Origin: an uncultured Acidobacteriota bacterium
GTDB lineage: Bacteria > Acidobacteriota > UBA6911 > RPQK01 > JAPXNP01
Length of the DNA: 64,000 nt
Direction of reading: 5' to 3'
Assembly (NCBI GenBank): GCA_963777605.1
Contig: CAVZRV010000010.1
Location: 192,001-256,000 of the forward strand
Positions 10,456 to 19,829 of the stretch are shown here, piece after piece. Numbering within the stretch: position 1 is the first letter of the stretch; the number at the start of each line of letters is the position of its first letter. Under the pieces are notes generated by a model. That model made no database searches. It saw nothing but the letters and a program-made list of their open reading frames with translations, and was not told the DNA's origin. Made by a program: the position numbers and the translations under genes.

Positions 10456-13092
10456 ATGAAAACTGCCAACGAGATTAGAGAAACTTTCCTGAAATATTTT
10501 GAAGAACGAGGCCACCGGCGGGTCAAGAGCAGTTCGCTGGTTCCCAAGAACGACCCCACTCTTCTCTTCACCAACGCCGGGATGAACCAGTTCAAGGACG
10601 TCTTCCTCGGCCAGGATAGCCGGGAGTACACGAGGGCCACGAGCAGCCAGAAGTGCATGCGGGTCAGCGGTAAGCACAACGACCTGGAAACCGTCGGCCG
10701 CACTCCGCGCCATCACACATTTTTCGAGATGCTGGGCAATTTCTCTTTTGGAGACTACTTCAAGACCGACGCGATCCGATTTGCCTGGGAACTCTGTACC
10801 GAGATCTACGGCATCGATGCGTCGCGCCTGATCGTGACGGTATTCGAACAGGACGACGAAGCCCTCCAAATCTGGAGAGATGTCGTCGGCGTTCCTGCAG
10901 ACCGGATCATCCGTTGCGGCGAGAAGGACAACTTCTGGGCGATGGGGGACACTGGCCCTTGCGGTCCCTGTTCCGAACTCCATTTCGACATGGGCGACCG
11001 GGTCGGAGACACGACGTCGCCGTTCGGTGAAGAATCAGACCGCTGGGTCGAGATCTGGAACCTCGTTTTCATGCAGTTCAACCGGGACAAAGGCGGAAAA
11101 ATGACGCCCCTTCCCTCTCCATCGATCGACACCGGGATGGGGCTGGAGCGAATCGCGGCCGTCATGCAGGGTGTCTCGAGCAACTACGAGACCGACCTCT
11201 TTCGACCGCTCGTCGAAGAGGCGTCCCGTCTGACCGCAATGGCATACGGCCAATACGAAAACACCGACGTCAGTCTGCGCATCCTGGCCGACCACAGCCG
11301 GGCGGCCATGTTCCTGGTCAACGACGGAATCGTGCCGGGCAACGAGGGTCGGGGCTACGTCTTGAGGAAGATCCTTCGCCGGGCCATCCGCCACGGAAAG
11401 ATGCTGGGCCAGGAGAAGCCCTTCATCTTTACTCTTACGTCACTGGTTTCCGAGATTATGGCCCAGGCCTACCCGGAGCTTTTGAACAGCCGGGAGTACG
11501 CCGCGACAGTTGTCAAAAACGAGGAAGAGAAATTCTCCGCCACGCTCAGCCAGGGTCTGAGCCTACTCGAAGACCTCTTTCGACAGCTGGACTCTTCGAC
11601 AAGCCGGACAATTCCCGGCGCCGAACTGTTCCGGCTCTACGACACCTACGGATTCCCCTTCGACCTGGCCCGGGAGATAGGGCAGGAACGGGGATTCGAA
11701 ATCGACGAGCAAGGATTCCGCGAGGAACTCGAGAAACAGCGGACACGGGCGCGGGCCAGTTGGAAAGGCGGAGAAACGCAGGTGCTGCCGCTCCATCGCA
11801 CCCTTTCTCAGCGGGGCTTTGAGACTGCGTTCACCGGGTACGAGCATCTCGCCGACGTCGAGAGTCACATCCTGGCTCTCGTCAAAGGGGACGCCGAGGT
11901 AGACAGCCTGCACGAAGGCGAGGAAGGCGAGATGATCCTGGACCAATCTCCGTTTTATGCTGAAGCGGGTGGTCAGGTGGGCGACCGCGGACTAGTCGAA
12001 ACGGAAACTGCCAGGGCCGAGGTCGTCGATACCTATTCACCCGTCGGCGGACTTCGACTGCACCGCATTCGGGTCCAGCACGGTGCCATCAAAGTCGGCG
12101 AGAAGGTTGCGTCCACGGTCGATATGGATCGGCGTCAGGATACAATGAGCAATCACACGGCTACCCACCTGCTGCACGCGGCCCTTCACGAAACCGTCGG
12201 CGAGCACGTCAAGCAGGCCGGCTCCCTGGTCTCACCAGAACGGCTCCGTTTTGATTTCACGCACTACAAGTCCCTCACGCCCTGGGAACTCCGCCAGATC
12301 GAAGAGCGGGTGAACGAAAAGATTCGCGAGAACATCAAGGTTCATACGGAGATCATGGACCTGGATCAGGCGGTTGACAGCGGGGCGATGGCGCTGTTCG
12401 GAGAAAAGTACAATCAGCAGGTACGGGTGGTCTCTGTCCCGGGGTTCAGCAAGGAACTCTGTGGTGGTACTCACGTCGATCGAACCGGGGACATCGCCGT
12501 ATTCAAGATCCTCACCGAAAGCAGCATTTCGGCCGGAGTTCGTCGAGTCGAGGCGGTTACCCGGGAAATTGCCGTTCACCGCTTTCTCGAAGACGAGGAG
12601 ATGTTGGACACGCTCGGCGAACAGCTTCGGGTGAAACGGGACCAGTTGCCCGATACCATCTCCCGGCTGGTTGCGGACGTGCGGATCGCAAGCCGCGAGA
12701 TCGAGAAGCTCAAACTCCAGATTGCCCGAAAGGACAGCTCGGATGCGGCGGCGGAAGCCCGTGACATCAAGGGCATCCGGGTGCTCTCGCGAAAAGTCGA
12801 GAACCTCGACCGCAACACTCTCCGCCAGCTTGCCGATCAGATGCTGAACCGGCTCCAGTCGGGCGTCGTGGTGCTGGGTTGTCCTGAAAACGGGAAGGTC
12901 AACCTGGTGGTCATGGTCAGCAAGGATGTCTCATCCCGTGTCAAGGCCAACGAACTGATCCGGCCGATTGCCCGGATCGTTGGAGGCGGCGGCGGCGGCA
13001 AGCCCGACCTTGCGGAGGCGGGTGGGAAACGGCCCGAGCAGCTGGAAGAAGCCCTCGAAGCGGTCTACGGCCTGGTCGAGGCAGCCCTTTAG
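10456..13092 (+). CDS. alaS: Alanine--tRNA ligase
   Basis: DPTLLFTNAGMNQFK, HHTFFEMLGNFSFGDYFK, DTGMGLER, NHTATHLLH...ELCGGTH editing site, GGGGG C-terminus. Confidence 0.98.
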   Translation: MKTANEIRETFLKYFEERGHRRVKSSSLVPKNDPTLLFTNAGMNQFKDVFLGQDSREYTRATSSQKCMRVSGKHNDLETVGRTPRHHTFFEMLGNFSFGDYFKTDAIRFAWELCTEIYGIDASRLIVTVFEQDDEALQIWRDVVGVPADRIIRCGEKDNFWAMGDTGPCGPCSELHFDMGDRVGDTTSPFGEESDRWVEIWNLVFMQFNRDKGGKMTPLPSPSIDTGMGLERIAAVMQGVSSNYETDLFRPLVEEASRLTAMAYGQYENTDVSLRILADHSRAAMFLVNDGIVPGNEGRGYVLRKILRRAIRHGKMLGQEKPFIFTLTSLVSEIMAQAYPELLNSREYAATVVKNEEEKFSATLSQGLSLLEDLFRQLDSSTSRTIPGAELFRLYDTYGFPFDLAREIGQERGFEIDEQGFREELEKQRTRARASWKGGETQVLPLHRTLSQRGFETAFTGYEHLADVESHILALVKGDAEVDSLHEGEEGEMILDQSPFYAEAGGQVGDRGLVETETARAEVVDTYSPVGGLRLHRIRVQHGAIKVGEKVASTVDMDRRQDTMSNHTATHLLHAALHETVGEHVKQAGSLVSPERLRFDFTHYKSLTPWELRQIEERVNEKIRENIKVHTEIMDLDQAVDSGAMALFGEKYNQQVRVVSVPGFSKELCGGTHVDRTGDIAVFKILTESSISAGVRRVEAVTREIAVHRFLEDEEMLDTLGEQLRVKRDQLPDTISRLVADVRIASREIEKLKLQIARKDSSDAAAEARDIKGIRVLSRKVENLDRNTLRQLADQMLNRLQSGVVVLGCPENGKVNLVVMVSKDVSSRVKANELIRPIARIVGGGGGGKPDLAEAGGKRPEQLEEALEAVYGLVEAAL

Positions 13093-13176
13093 GCCTGGAG
13101 TGGTCGGGAGAGAAATGATTTCAGCGAACGGGATGGGGAATGGATTCGACGTCAAGACGGAATTTATCCCTTTTGT

Positions 13177-13197
13177 GTCGAGTATCACTCGACTTTT
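13177..13197 (+). promoter_or_regulatory. Perfect palindrome plus T-run between alaS and the SLT gene (terminator or operator)
   Basis: GTCGAGT-ATC-ACTCGAC-TTTT. Confidence 0.4.
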
Positions 13198-13225
13198 CAG
13201 GGGCAGGGCGCATCATACCAACCAA

Positions 13226-13897
13226 GTGGGAAAGATAGCTGCAATTCTCCTGGTACTGCTCTCCACCTCGCTTTACGGCGAACGACTCTATTCTTACGTC
13301 GATGAATCCGGGATCAGAGTTCTCACCAACCTGGGCAGCAAACGGGCTGGTTCGGCACCTGAAACTCAGGCGGCCACCGAGGTCGATGATGGCAACTATG
13401 TTTCCCTGATCCGTCAGTACGGCTCCCAGTACGGTGTTGATGAAGACCTGATTCGCGCAATCATCAAAGTCGAAAGTGGGTTCGACCCCAGGGCCGTGTC
13501 TGCCAAGGACTGCAAGGGCCTGATGCAGCTGCACCCCGACACGGCCAGGCGTTTCGGTGTCACGAATAGCTTCGATCCCGCGGAGAACATCGAAGGAGGG
13601 GTCAAGTATCTCACCTTCCTCATGGATTCCTTCGATCGCAAGCTGGACCTCGTCCTGGCCGCCTACAACGCCGGGGAAAATGCGGTTCGTCGCTACCATG
13701 GGGTTCCACCGTACCCTGAAACTATCGAATACGTGGACAGGGTAAAAACCGCTTTCGGAAAGGACCTGGCGCCTCCCAGTCCGGTTCGACATGTCCAGCG
13801 GGTCGTCCGTGTGATTGATGAAAACGGCGCTGTCGTTCTAACCAATGCCCCCGTCCAGACCATGGCGGATGCGCAGTCGGCCAGGTTGTCCCGCTGA
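13226..13897 (+). CDS. Lytic transglycosylase (SLT domain) with an N-terminal DUF4124-like segment; start uncertain
   Basis: Signal peptide VGKIAAILLVLLSTSLYG, LYSYVDESG, IIKVESGFDPRAVS, GLMQL, ENIEGGVKYL, AAYNAG, PYPETIEYV. Confidence 0.9.
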   Translation: MGKIAAILLVLLSTSLYGERLYSYVDESGIRVLTNLGSKRAGSAPETQAATEVDDGNYVSLIRQYGSQYGVDEDLIRAIIKVESGFDPRAVSAKDCKGLMQLHPDTARRFGVTNSFDPAENIEGGVKYLTFLMDSFDRKLDLVLAAYNAGENAVRRYHGVPPYPETIEYVDRVKTAFGKDLAPPSPVRHVQRVVRVIDENGAVVLTNAPVQTMADAQSARLSR

Positions 13898-14139
13898 CCC
13901 TCCAATCGGGGAGAGCCGCTCTCCGCGCCAAATCGTCGATTTCGTCTAAAATAGTCCTTGATGTGAAGAAGTATCCTGGCGCATTCAATGCTTCATTCGT
14001 CGAGCAGGGGCCTCGCGAATTTGCGATCAACGTAAACTCTGTCTCCGTGGGGTGGGACCTTCAATGACAGGCCCGTTGCTTATACTGGAACAAGTCGCAG
14101 CTATCGATAGTGTGGGGCTGTCCATTGACTTTTGATCAT

Positions 14140-15840
14140 ATGCCGTATCTGCGGGCGCGCCTTTTGACCGCGATATTTCTCGTGTCGCTGCTGGCCGTCC
14201 CTGTCGAGGGACGGGATCGGTCTGCTGCGCGCGAGGCTTTTCAGAAGGCGACGGAGTACCATGACTGGCTGCTCTCCCAACCCCAGGATTCGAGGTCGCC
14301 GGCTCAGTACCGCAGGAGCATTTATCTTTACCGCCTTGTCGTCGACCATGACCCGACCTACGGCGCCTGTGACGACGCCATTTTTACCATTGCCCAGCTC
14401 TATGAAGAAATGGGCCGGGAACTCGACCAGGCATCGTACTTACGGCGTGCCGCCTACTATTACGAGTTTGTCGCGCGCGAGTACCCCACGACCCATCACC
14501 GGGCCGCCGCGACTGAGCGGGCGGCCGAGTTGCGGAACCCCGCTTCTTCGGAACAGCTCCGCGCAAATGGGCCCAAGCCGCAGATTGTTCACGCAAAGGC
14601 AGTTCCGGACGAGAACCTGGCCCAACTAACCGAGGTCCGATACTGGTCGAACGAGGATTACACACGAGTAGTCCTGCAGCTGGACAAGGAAGTCGAATTC
14701 GAGAAAGAAGTGCTGCACGGCCCGGACCGGATCTACTTCGACCTGGAAGAGACCCGGGCGGATCCCTCACTCATCGACCAGGAGTATGACGTCAACGGGC
14801 TTTTCATCCGTCGCATTCGAGTTGGAGAGAACCGCCCCAACGTTGTCCGCGTCGTCCTTGATTTCGACCACGTCAACCAGCACACGGTATTCGCACTTTA
14901 CGACCCGTTCCGAATCGTGATCGACACGCGCGGCGAGCAAAGACCGCCGTCCACCCCTGCACCGACTGCCGATGCAACTGTCGCTCAGAAGGAGAGTCCG
15001 GCGACGGAGGCGCCTGCCTCCAACTCGAAAGAGGAAATTCAACCGGTCGGGCCCGATGAGAGCCAGGCCATCGCTGCCTCACCAACGATCCAAGGGAATT
15101 GGACGTTGACTCGGACCCTGGGCCTGAAGGTGGGGCGCGTCGTGATCGATCCCGGGCACGGTGGCAAAGACACCGGAACCATTGGATCGTCGGGTCTCCG
15201 GGAAAAGGATCTGGTTTTGGCCGTTGCGCTCAAGTTGAGAGATCTCCTCTCAGAACGCCTTGGAGTCGAAGTCATCCTGACCCGGCAGGATGACCGCTTC
15301 GTTCCGCTCGAAGAGCGCACGGCCATCGCGAACCAGAAGGGCGCGGACCTGTTCATCTCGATCCACGCCAACGCGTCCCGAAACCGAAAGGCTTCCGGGG
15401 TGGAAACCTACGTTCTCGACTTCGCCACCGATGAGGGCGAGATCGACGTGGCCAGCCGCGAGAATGCGACCGCCCAGCGCAACATTCGGGAACTCGAAGA
15501 TCTCCTGCGAAAGATCGCCCTGGGAGATTACGGACAGGAATCCCGAGACCTGGCCCACACGCTCCAGGGCAAACTGGTCGCAGCCATGATGCAAAACGGC
15601 CACCAACAGCGTGACCGGGGCATCAAACAGGCTCCGTTTATTGTTCTCATCGGCTCCAACATGCCGAGTATTCTGACCGAAATCGGGTTCATCAGTAACC
15701 CGAAGGATGAGAAGTTTTACAAAACCAATGAAGCGCGTCAGCAGGTTGCTGAAGCGTTGTACAGCGGCGTCGAGGCCTACTTCCAGTCACTGGGTGCGGC
15801 CCCCGCGACGCAGCAGGCGACTGCAGCCTCCGGACGGTGA
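14140..15840 (+). CDS. N-acetylmuramoyl-L-alanine amidase (TPR-like + AMIN + Amidase_3)
   Basis: Helical N-terminus, AMIN repeats (YTRVVLQLD, PDRIYFDL, PFRIVID), VVIDPGHGGKD, FISIHANA, SILTEIGFISN. Confidence 0.93.
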   Translation: MPYLRARLLTAIFLVSLLAVPVEGRDRSAAREAFQKATEYHDWLLSQPQDSRSPAQYRRSIYLYRLVVDHDPTYGACDDAIFTIAQLYEEMGRELDQASYLRRAAYYYEFVAREYPTTHHRAAATERAAELRNPASSEQLRANGPKPQIVHAKAVPDENLAQLTEVRYWSNEDYTRVVLQLDKEVEFEKEVLHGPDRIYFDLEETRADPSLIDQEYDVNGLFIRRIRVGENRPNVVRVVLDFDHVNQHTVFALYDPFRIVIDTRGEQRPPSTPAPTADATVAQKESPATEAPASNSKEEIQPVGPDESQAIAASPTIQGNWTLTRTLGLKVGRVVIDPGHGGKDTGTIGSSGLREKDLVLAVALKLRDLLSERLGVEVILTRQDDRFVPLEERTAIANQKGADLFISIHANASRNRKASGVETYVLDFATDEGEIDVASRENATAQRNIRELEDLLRKIALGDYGQESRDLAHTLQGKLVAAMMQNGHQQRDRGIKQAPFIVLIGSNMPSILTEIGFISNPKDEKFYKTNEARQQVAEALYSGVEAYFQSLGAAPATQQATAASGR

Positions 15841-15859
15841 TCTGCAGGCCGGATAATCC

Positions 15860-16939
15860 ATGAAAAGAACTCTCTTTTTCACTCTGATCGTAGCGTTCTC
15901 TTTCTGCTCCCTGGTGTGTGGGCAGCCGGATTTCGCCCAGTTCATTCCTTCGGACGGAGGATTCCACTTCACCCTGCAAGAAGAGGTGACCGACCCCGAG
16001 CAGGCGGCAGATAGTTTTCCCTTCACGGCGGCGGTGCTGGACGAGGCGGGGTTCCGATCCCTGTCTTCCTGGAAAGCTGACGCGGAGGGATTCGACCCGC
16101 TCGCTCTCGATGTCGTCGAGACGGCCGATTCCGTGGGGGCCTATGAACTATTCAACTTCCTTCGCGGGCTTTCTGCCGACTCGGACGGACGCAGCCTCAG
16201 CCTGCCGGTCGGAAACCGGATCGGCGGGAACGAGGGCATCTTCTGGAAAGGCAAATTTCTCTTTCGGGCTCATACGCCCATGGCTCCAATTCCCGAACAA
16301 GCCTTTGTCGGTCTCGTAACCAGCCTGGCCGGGTCGATTCCGATGGAGAATCTTCTGCCCGTCACGATTTCTCACCTTCCCGGCGAGGGCCTGGTCGACA
16401 ACTCGGTCCGCTTCTATCTCGGTTCCGCGTCGCTGGAGGAGAACGACCGCTTCCCGGAACCGCTGCTCAAGGAGATTGGTCTTTCGGATCGAATCGAAAT
16501 CGCCTACGGCCGATACGAACCGGGCGGGGACGCACTCTTCGTGATCGGGTACCCGACCGTCGCCCTGGCGCGAGAATACCTTGAGCGCATGCAGGACAGC
16601 CTCCAGGCGTTCTTTTCCAGGGAAGGAATCTACATGAAGCGGAGCGGGATTCTGATCGGCCTCTTTGTCGGACCGGAAGACCGTGCCGTCAAGGTCTTGT
16701 CCGAACTCAACTACGCCCCGAGCATTCAGTGGGTTCAGGACGAGAAACCGAAAGATCAACGCCAGGAGACAATCACCTTTCTTGGCCTGGTAACCAAGGC
16801 CATTCTCGGGACCGGAACGCTGCTCCTGATCATCATCGCCACCGGGATCGGCGCCGGTTTCATTCGATACGGTCTCATCCGCAGGTACCCCGTCCTGCTG
16901 CGACGGGACGACATGGTACGCCTGAACTTGGAGAACTGA
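15860..16939 (+). CDS. Exported hypothetical protein with C-terminal TM anchor (tentatively DUF6599-like)
   Basis: Signal peptide, DSVGAYELF and FWKGKFLFR segments, C-terminal hydrophobic helix; 19 nt after the amidase. Confidence 0.7.
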   Translation: MKRTLFFTLIVAFSFCSLVCGQPDFAQFIPSDGGFHFTLQEEVTDPEQAADSFPFTAAVLDEAGFRSLSSWKADAEGFDPLALDVVETADSVGAYELFNFLRGLSADSDGRSLSLPVGNRIGGNEGIFWKGKFLFRAHTPMAPIPEQAFVGLVTSLAGSIPMENLLPVTISHLPGEGLVDNSVRFYLGSASLEENDRFPEPLLKEIGLSDRIEIAYGRYEPGGDALFVIGYPTVALAREYLERMQDSLQAFFSREGIYMKRSGILIGLFVGPEDRAVKVLSELNYAPSIQWVQDEKPKDQRQETITFLGLVTKAILGTGTLLLIIIATGIGAGFIRYGLIRRYPVLLRRDDMVRLNLEN

Positions 16940-16956
16940 GCCGGCCGAACGCTCCC

Positions 16957-18672
16957 TCAGTACCCGCTCGCCTTGCTGTCGCTCCTTGGATCGGGGGCGC
17001 CCAGCAAGACTCCGCTTTCGGGATCGATCATAATCGAATGAGCATCGCCAATCTGGTTCCGATACCGGAGGTGGTGGCCCATCGACTCCAGGCGCCGCAC
17101 GACATCCCGGGCAAAGGCATTCTTTTCGACGAACAGTTGGTCCGGCATCCACTGGTGATGAACTCGGGGCGCGTCAACGGCCTCCTGGATGTCCCGGTCG
17201 TGGTCGATCACGTTGAGGATGACCTGAAAGACCGTGTTGATGATGGTCGGTCCGCCCGGACTGCCGAGGACAAGAAAGGCCTTCCCGTCTTTCTTCACAA
17301 TGGTCGGCGTCATCGCACTCAAGGGCCGCTTCCTGGGCTCGATTGCATTCGCCTCGCTCTGGATCAGGCCGAACATGTTCGGCCCACCAGGTTCGACCAT
17401 GAAGTCGTCCATCTCGTTGTTCAGCAGGAATCCCGCCCCGGTCACGGTAACCCCGGAACCGTAGGATCCGTTCAGGGTCGTCGTGACGGCAACTGCATTC
17501 CCGTTGCGGTCGGCGATGGAATAGTGCGTCGTGTACTCGGACTCGGTCGCGGGGGCGTCGGCATCCGACATGAACTCACTCGGGGTCGCCCAGTCCCGAC
17601 GGATGGTAGCAGCCAGGTCGTCCGCATACCACTGTGAAAGTAGTCTCTCCGACGGGATCGACACGAAGTCGCTGTCTCCGAGGTAGCGGGCCCGGTCGGC
17701 AAACGCCCGCCTCATCACTTCGCACTTGAGGTGAAGTTCGTCACTCGACATCATGCCCAGGCTTCCCAGGGGAAACCGCTCCATCATGTTGAGCATCTCG
17801 ACGAGGATGATTCCACCTGAACTGGGCGATCCCATCGAGACAATCTCGTATCCACGGTACTGTCCCCGTACCGGCTCCCTCAGCTTGGCCACGTAACTGG
17901 CCAGGTCGTCGGCCGTGATCAATCCTCCACCGCGTTCCATTTCCGCCACGATCTGCCGGGCAATCTCGCCGCGATAGAAGGCTTCCGGCCCACGCTCCTG
18001 GATCAATCGCAGTGTGTGCGCCAGGTCCGGCTGCTTGAAGACCTCACCTTCGTGGTATGGGGTTCCCTCGCGGAGATAGATCCTCCGTGTCTCGGGCTGG
18101 GATTCAAGGAGTTTTCGAGATCCGAGAAGGGACTGTTCCAGGGCATAGCTAACGACCAGACCGTCTTCGGCGAGGAGGCGTGCCGGCTCCACGAGTCGAG
18201 CCCAAGGCAGTGACCCCCATTGTTTCCAGGCCAGGTGGAGCCCAGCAACCGTCCCCGGGACTCCCGACGCCTGGTGTCCACGGATTGAGGTGCCAGGAAT
18301 AAGTTTCCCTTCCGAATCCAGGTACATCTCTCGAAAGGCCGTCCCCGGCGCCATCTCACGGTAGTCAACCGTAAAATCTTCCCCCGATTCGCCCAGATGA
18401 AGGGTCATGAACCCGCCACCGCCTAGATTTCCGGCCGACGGATGACTCACCTCGAGCGCGAAACCGACCGCGATCGCCGCGTCAACGGCGTTACCTCCCG
18501 CTTCGAGGATCTCCCGTCCGATATCACTGGCGTATGGACTCGAAGAAACCACTATGCCGTGCTGGGCTCGAACGGGTGCCCGACTGGCCGCGAAGACAGT
18601 CCCCGTAAAATGCGAAAGTGTCAGGGTAAGGAAAACAAGGCAGGCGCGAAAACACTGGTGTCGATCGGTCAC
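16957..18672 (-). CDS. ggt: Gamma-glutamyltransferase
   Basis: GGNAVDAAIA, AGNLGGGGF, DYREMAP, autoprocessing TTHYS, LNNEMDDF, RPLSAMTP, GSPGG. Confidence 0.96.
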   Translation of the reverse strand: MTDRHQCFRACLVFLTLTLSHFTGTVFAASRAPVRAQHGIVVSSSPYASDIGREILEAGGNAVDAAIAVGFALEVSHPSAGNLGGGGFMTLHLGESGEDFTVDYREMAPGTAFREMYLDSEGKLIPGTSIRGHQASGVPGTVAGLHLAWKQWGSLPWARLVEPARLLAEDGLVVSYALEQSLLGSRKLLESQPETRRIYLREGTPYHEGEVFKQPDLAHTLRLIQERGPEAFYRGEIARQIVAEMERGGGLITADDLASYVAKLREPVRGQYRGYEIVSMGSPSSGGIILVEMLNMMERFPLGSLGMMSSDELHLKCEVMRRAFADRARYLGDSDFVSIPSERLLSQWYADDLAATIRRDWATPSEFMSDADAPATESEYTTHYSIADRNGNAVAVTTTLNGSYGSGVTVTGAGFLLNNEMDDFMVEPGGPNMFGLIQSEANAIEPRKRPLSAMTPTIVKKDGKAFLVLGSPGGPTIINTVFQVILNVIDHDRDIQEAVDAPRVHHQWMPDQLFVEKNAFARDVVRRLESMGHHLRYRNQIGDAHSIMIDPESGVLLGAPDPRSDSKASGY

Positions 18673-18866
18673 CCGATGATTCTAGCGATTCCAGAAGGAT
18701 TTGCTACCCGCGTCGGAAGCTTTTCCAGGGACGGAAACTCGGACCGTTGAGTCCATATCAGCATCGCGATGAGAACCGGGATTGAGAACTCGCCTCGCGG
18801 CGATAGCTTGAGGCCATCGCAGTCGGCAGGACCAGCTTCCCAAAGGTTTGATGAGCGGCAGTTGCG

Positions 18867-19679
18867 CTACTGGATGCTTAGGAGTTCGTTCAGAGATCCG
18901 GATCTAAACCCCTGTAAATCCAAGGTTACATAGCGATAGCCGAGAGCCTTGAGTTCCCGGTTGATTTCTGCGAACAGAGTCGCGTCTAGAATTCTCGGGA
19001 GCTCGGACGGGGCGATTTCGAGGCGGGCGAGTTCTTCGTGGTGGCGGACCCGAAATTCCTGGAATCCCTTGCTGCGCAGGAATGCCTCCGCTCTTTCCAC
19101 CTGGCTCAACTTTTCCGGGGTAACCGTGACACCGTACGGAAGTCGCGACGCCAGGCAGGGCATCGAGGGCATGTCCCAGGTCGGCAACTCCCAGTCTTTT
19201 GAGCGAGTCCGGATGTCCTGTTTCGTCATGCCGGCCTCGATCAGGGGACTGACGATCTCCCGCTCTTCGGCTGCCTGCCTGCCGGGTCGATAGTCTCCCA
19301 GGTCGTCGGCATTGCTCCCGTCAAAAACGACGTCGACGCCCCACTCCTGGCGTAGCCGCCGTAGTTCGTCGAACAACTCGGACTTGCAGAAGTAGCAGCG
19401 GTTCGAAGGATTGGATGCGTAGTTCGGATCGGCCATCTCGTCGGTTGTAATGAACTCGTGGTTCAAACCGTACCGGGCCACGAAGTTCTTCACCAGCGAG
19501 TGCTGCATCTCGGACACCGAGGGAGAAATTGCCGTTACCACACGGGCAGCAGGCCCGAGCACCCGGTGCGAGATGAAAGCGAGATAAGAACTGTCCACTC
19601 CGCCACTGAACGCAACCAGCGAACTGTTATATCCTTCGATAAAGTGGACAAGCTGGAACTCTTTCTCTTCCGGACTCAT
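18867..19679 (-). CDS. larE: ATP-dependent sulfur transferase LarE (nickel-pincer cofactor biosynthesis)
   Basis: PP-loop AFSGGVDS, RCYFCK, DYRPG, PCLASR, FRVRHH, GFRSGSLN. Confidence 0.93.
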   Translation of the reverse strand: MSPEEKEFQLVHFIEGYNSSLVAFSGGVDSSYLAFISHRVLGPAARVVTAISPSVSEMQHSLVKNFVARYGLNHEFITTDEMADPNYASNPSNRCYFCKSELFDELRRLRQEWGVDVVFDGSNADDLGDYRPGRQAAEEREIVSPLIEAGMTKQDIRTRSKDWELPTWDMPSMPCLASRLPYGVTVTPEKLSQVERAEAFLRSKGFQEFRVRHHEELARLEIAPSELPRILDATLFAEINRELKALGYRYVTLDLQGFRSGSLNELLSIQ

Positions 19680-19829
19680 TAGATCGATTCTAGCACAGGG
19701 TATTCGGCAATCGACCGGGAGCGAGGCGGCTGACAGGCTGCTGCAAAGGTGAGGTCGGGACTTTCATCCCCTCCTCCGGTTACAATGGTCCGGGTCACCA
19801 GACCGAGGCCCGGAATGAGGTTTTACAGC

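Noticed and set aside
13130-13156. GGGATGGGGAATGGATTCGAC resembles a tmRNA 5' end
   Set aside because: No tag reading frame or T-arm/CCA 3' end follows; the SLT coding region starts within 100 nt
18673-18866. 194 nt gap between larE and ggt as a possible ncRNA
   Set aside because: Only weak, short pairings and no recognisable RNA family motif
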